DNA of 63,845 bases, the filler included, from Craspedostauros australis (Eukaryota), in NCBI GenBank assembly GCA_030167865.1. It is 7 parts of 7 records of this genome, joined end to end, with 100 filler letters (N's around TTAATTAATTAA, not from the genome) between each part and the next. Parts side by side here need not be neighbours in the genome. Positions count along the whole stretch, not along the records: positions 61,369 to 63,845 come from JALAGF010006601.1; 6 more parts are not named here. One strand, 5' to 3'. The position numbers and the translations under genes are program-made. Each line of letters begins with the position of its first letter. Within the stretch, counting starts at the first letter, position 1. Of the stretch, positions 62,560 to 63,845 are shown in pieces. The notes under the pieces are model-generated. The model worked only from the letters and a program-made list of their open reading frames with translations, was not told where the DNA came from and searched no databases.

Positions 62560-63845
62560 CCTCATTCACAATGGCCAGCTACNGGCTTCAGCGGAGCCAG
62601 GTTTGGACTTCAATGGGAACTTGATCATCTGGTATCTGTAGCACTTGGTGCACTTGTCCAATCCATATTGCGACGGTTCCCATGTCTGTAGCTCCTTTGC
62701 CTGACAGCTGTAGTTGGGCCCACATGGCTGTGCTTGCCCCTCATAGTCGCGCCAAGTCTTCCAGGGCCAAGTCATAGTCCTGCACCATCTGCCTCATGCG
62801 AGCCTCCGGCCCCTCATCAGTGCAATGCATTGCTTGATTGCATTGGTACCAATGGTCCCACACCACCTTCCAGAGCTTGTGTATGATCCGTGCCACCCAC
62901 TNTTCTGTGGACAACCTACAACCAATTTGNGNATGGTACTGCTCCTGTAGTTCTGTCCATGACACCTTGACCATGCCCTCAACCAGCCAATCCCATCCTC
63001 CCTCTTGTTGATCATCCATCAGCTTTGCCTCAATCAGGTTTGCGTGTATGTGTCCAACAGGTCCCAGCCCTCTTGACACTTGCTTGACATTGCTCAACAG
63101 TATTTTTGCAATGGCAGGATGAGTCAACATCTTCTGCATCGTGATCTTCAGCCGTTTCCGCCGCAATTTCCATAGCACCATTGATTCCAGCGAGCAGCAG
63201 ACCCAGAGGTGGCCGTGAGTTTCCGTCTCGCCATGCCTGGGGCAGCTATCACTCATCCTTGCCTTCTACTGAGCCATCTGTGTTCCCACAGCCGCCTCCT
63301 GCATCGTGAGCTTCATGGTGAGCACCCTCTGCGCGTCAGTGAGCTCGCCTGCCGCCCTTTGTTGCGTGGTTTTGTCGGCGTCGCCACCGATCGCCTCCAT
63401 GCCTTGCTAGAGCCAGACCCTCGCCATGTTCACCTCCACCGCATCTCTGACGACACTGGCATACATGATACTTGACCTGCAAACGCCTTGTCTTGGAATG
63501 TACCATGTGCACATCCCTGTGTTCTGGTGGAAGCTCCACTCATCACCCTCTTTGAGCATTTGCCATTGCTNTCCTGCAAGCCGCTATTGTACCTAGCATG
63601 GTTCTGCATGGCACTCCTGGNATTCAATGCAATCATCTTGTCCTTGCATGCTGCAACTTCAGCACTCCTGCAAGATAGACCATCATTTGGATTGTGGTCA
63701 TGGCTGTGTTTCCATATTGGATTCGAGGGTCCTCACCCATGACACACCATGGCCTACATTTGGTCAAGTGAATGAAGAACCACTTCTCATCTACGTTGTT
63801 AGACTTGAGAATTGGCAGTATTGTAGGAAGAACACATCCTTCAGC
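62560..63845 (-). mobile_element. Decayed non-LTR retrotransposon (LINE) C-terminal region
   Basis: Degenerate CCHC knuckle CPRHGETETHGHLWVC, followed by GW..G....W...Q..Y..W...II.KLW..W..W..N..H, the Trp-rich tail typical of diatom Ambal-like LINEs. Contains stops, frameshifts and Ns. Confidence 0.7.

Overview
Eukaryotic nuclear DNA, most likely from a diatom (GT-AG introns, silaffin-like genes, a protein with an AF-type bipartite plastid leader, diatom-like transposons). The window is seven pieces joined by artificial 100-bp linkers (44N-TTAATTAATTAA-44N), so adjacency across linkers is not evidence. Two systems stand out. (1) A ~8.5-9 kb unit is present as five full or partial copies. It carries an ankyrin-repeat + coiled-coil + BTB/POZ gene whose 102-bp ANK repeats vary in number (7, 4, 13, 13), have a near-invariant framework, and vary mainly at the binding-face positions that DARPin libraries randomise, with signs of half-repeat shuffling. 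In every copy the ANK part is cut off from the BTB part. (2) A gap-free ~10.7 kb cluster (27781-38502) holds two paralogous silaffin-like secreted genes, a divergently transcribed type II membrane kinase with a lumenal domain and an Asp-Ser repeat insert, and a type II membrane glycosyltransferase. This is a candidate biosilica substrate-plus-modifier cluster. Also present: a PIF/Harbinger-type element, two nested non-autonomous TIR elements, the 5' end of an LTR retrotransposon, a decayed LINE, an ArfGAP-like pseudogene and a two-domain plastid-targeted protein. All family calls come from motif recognition by eye; no database search was run.
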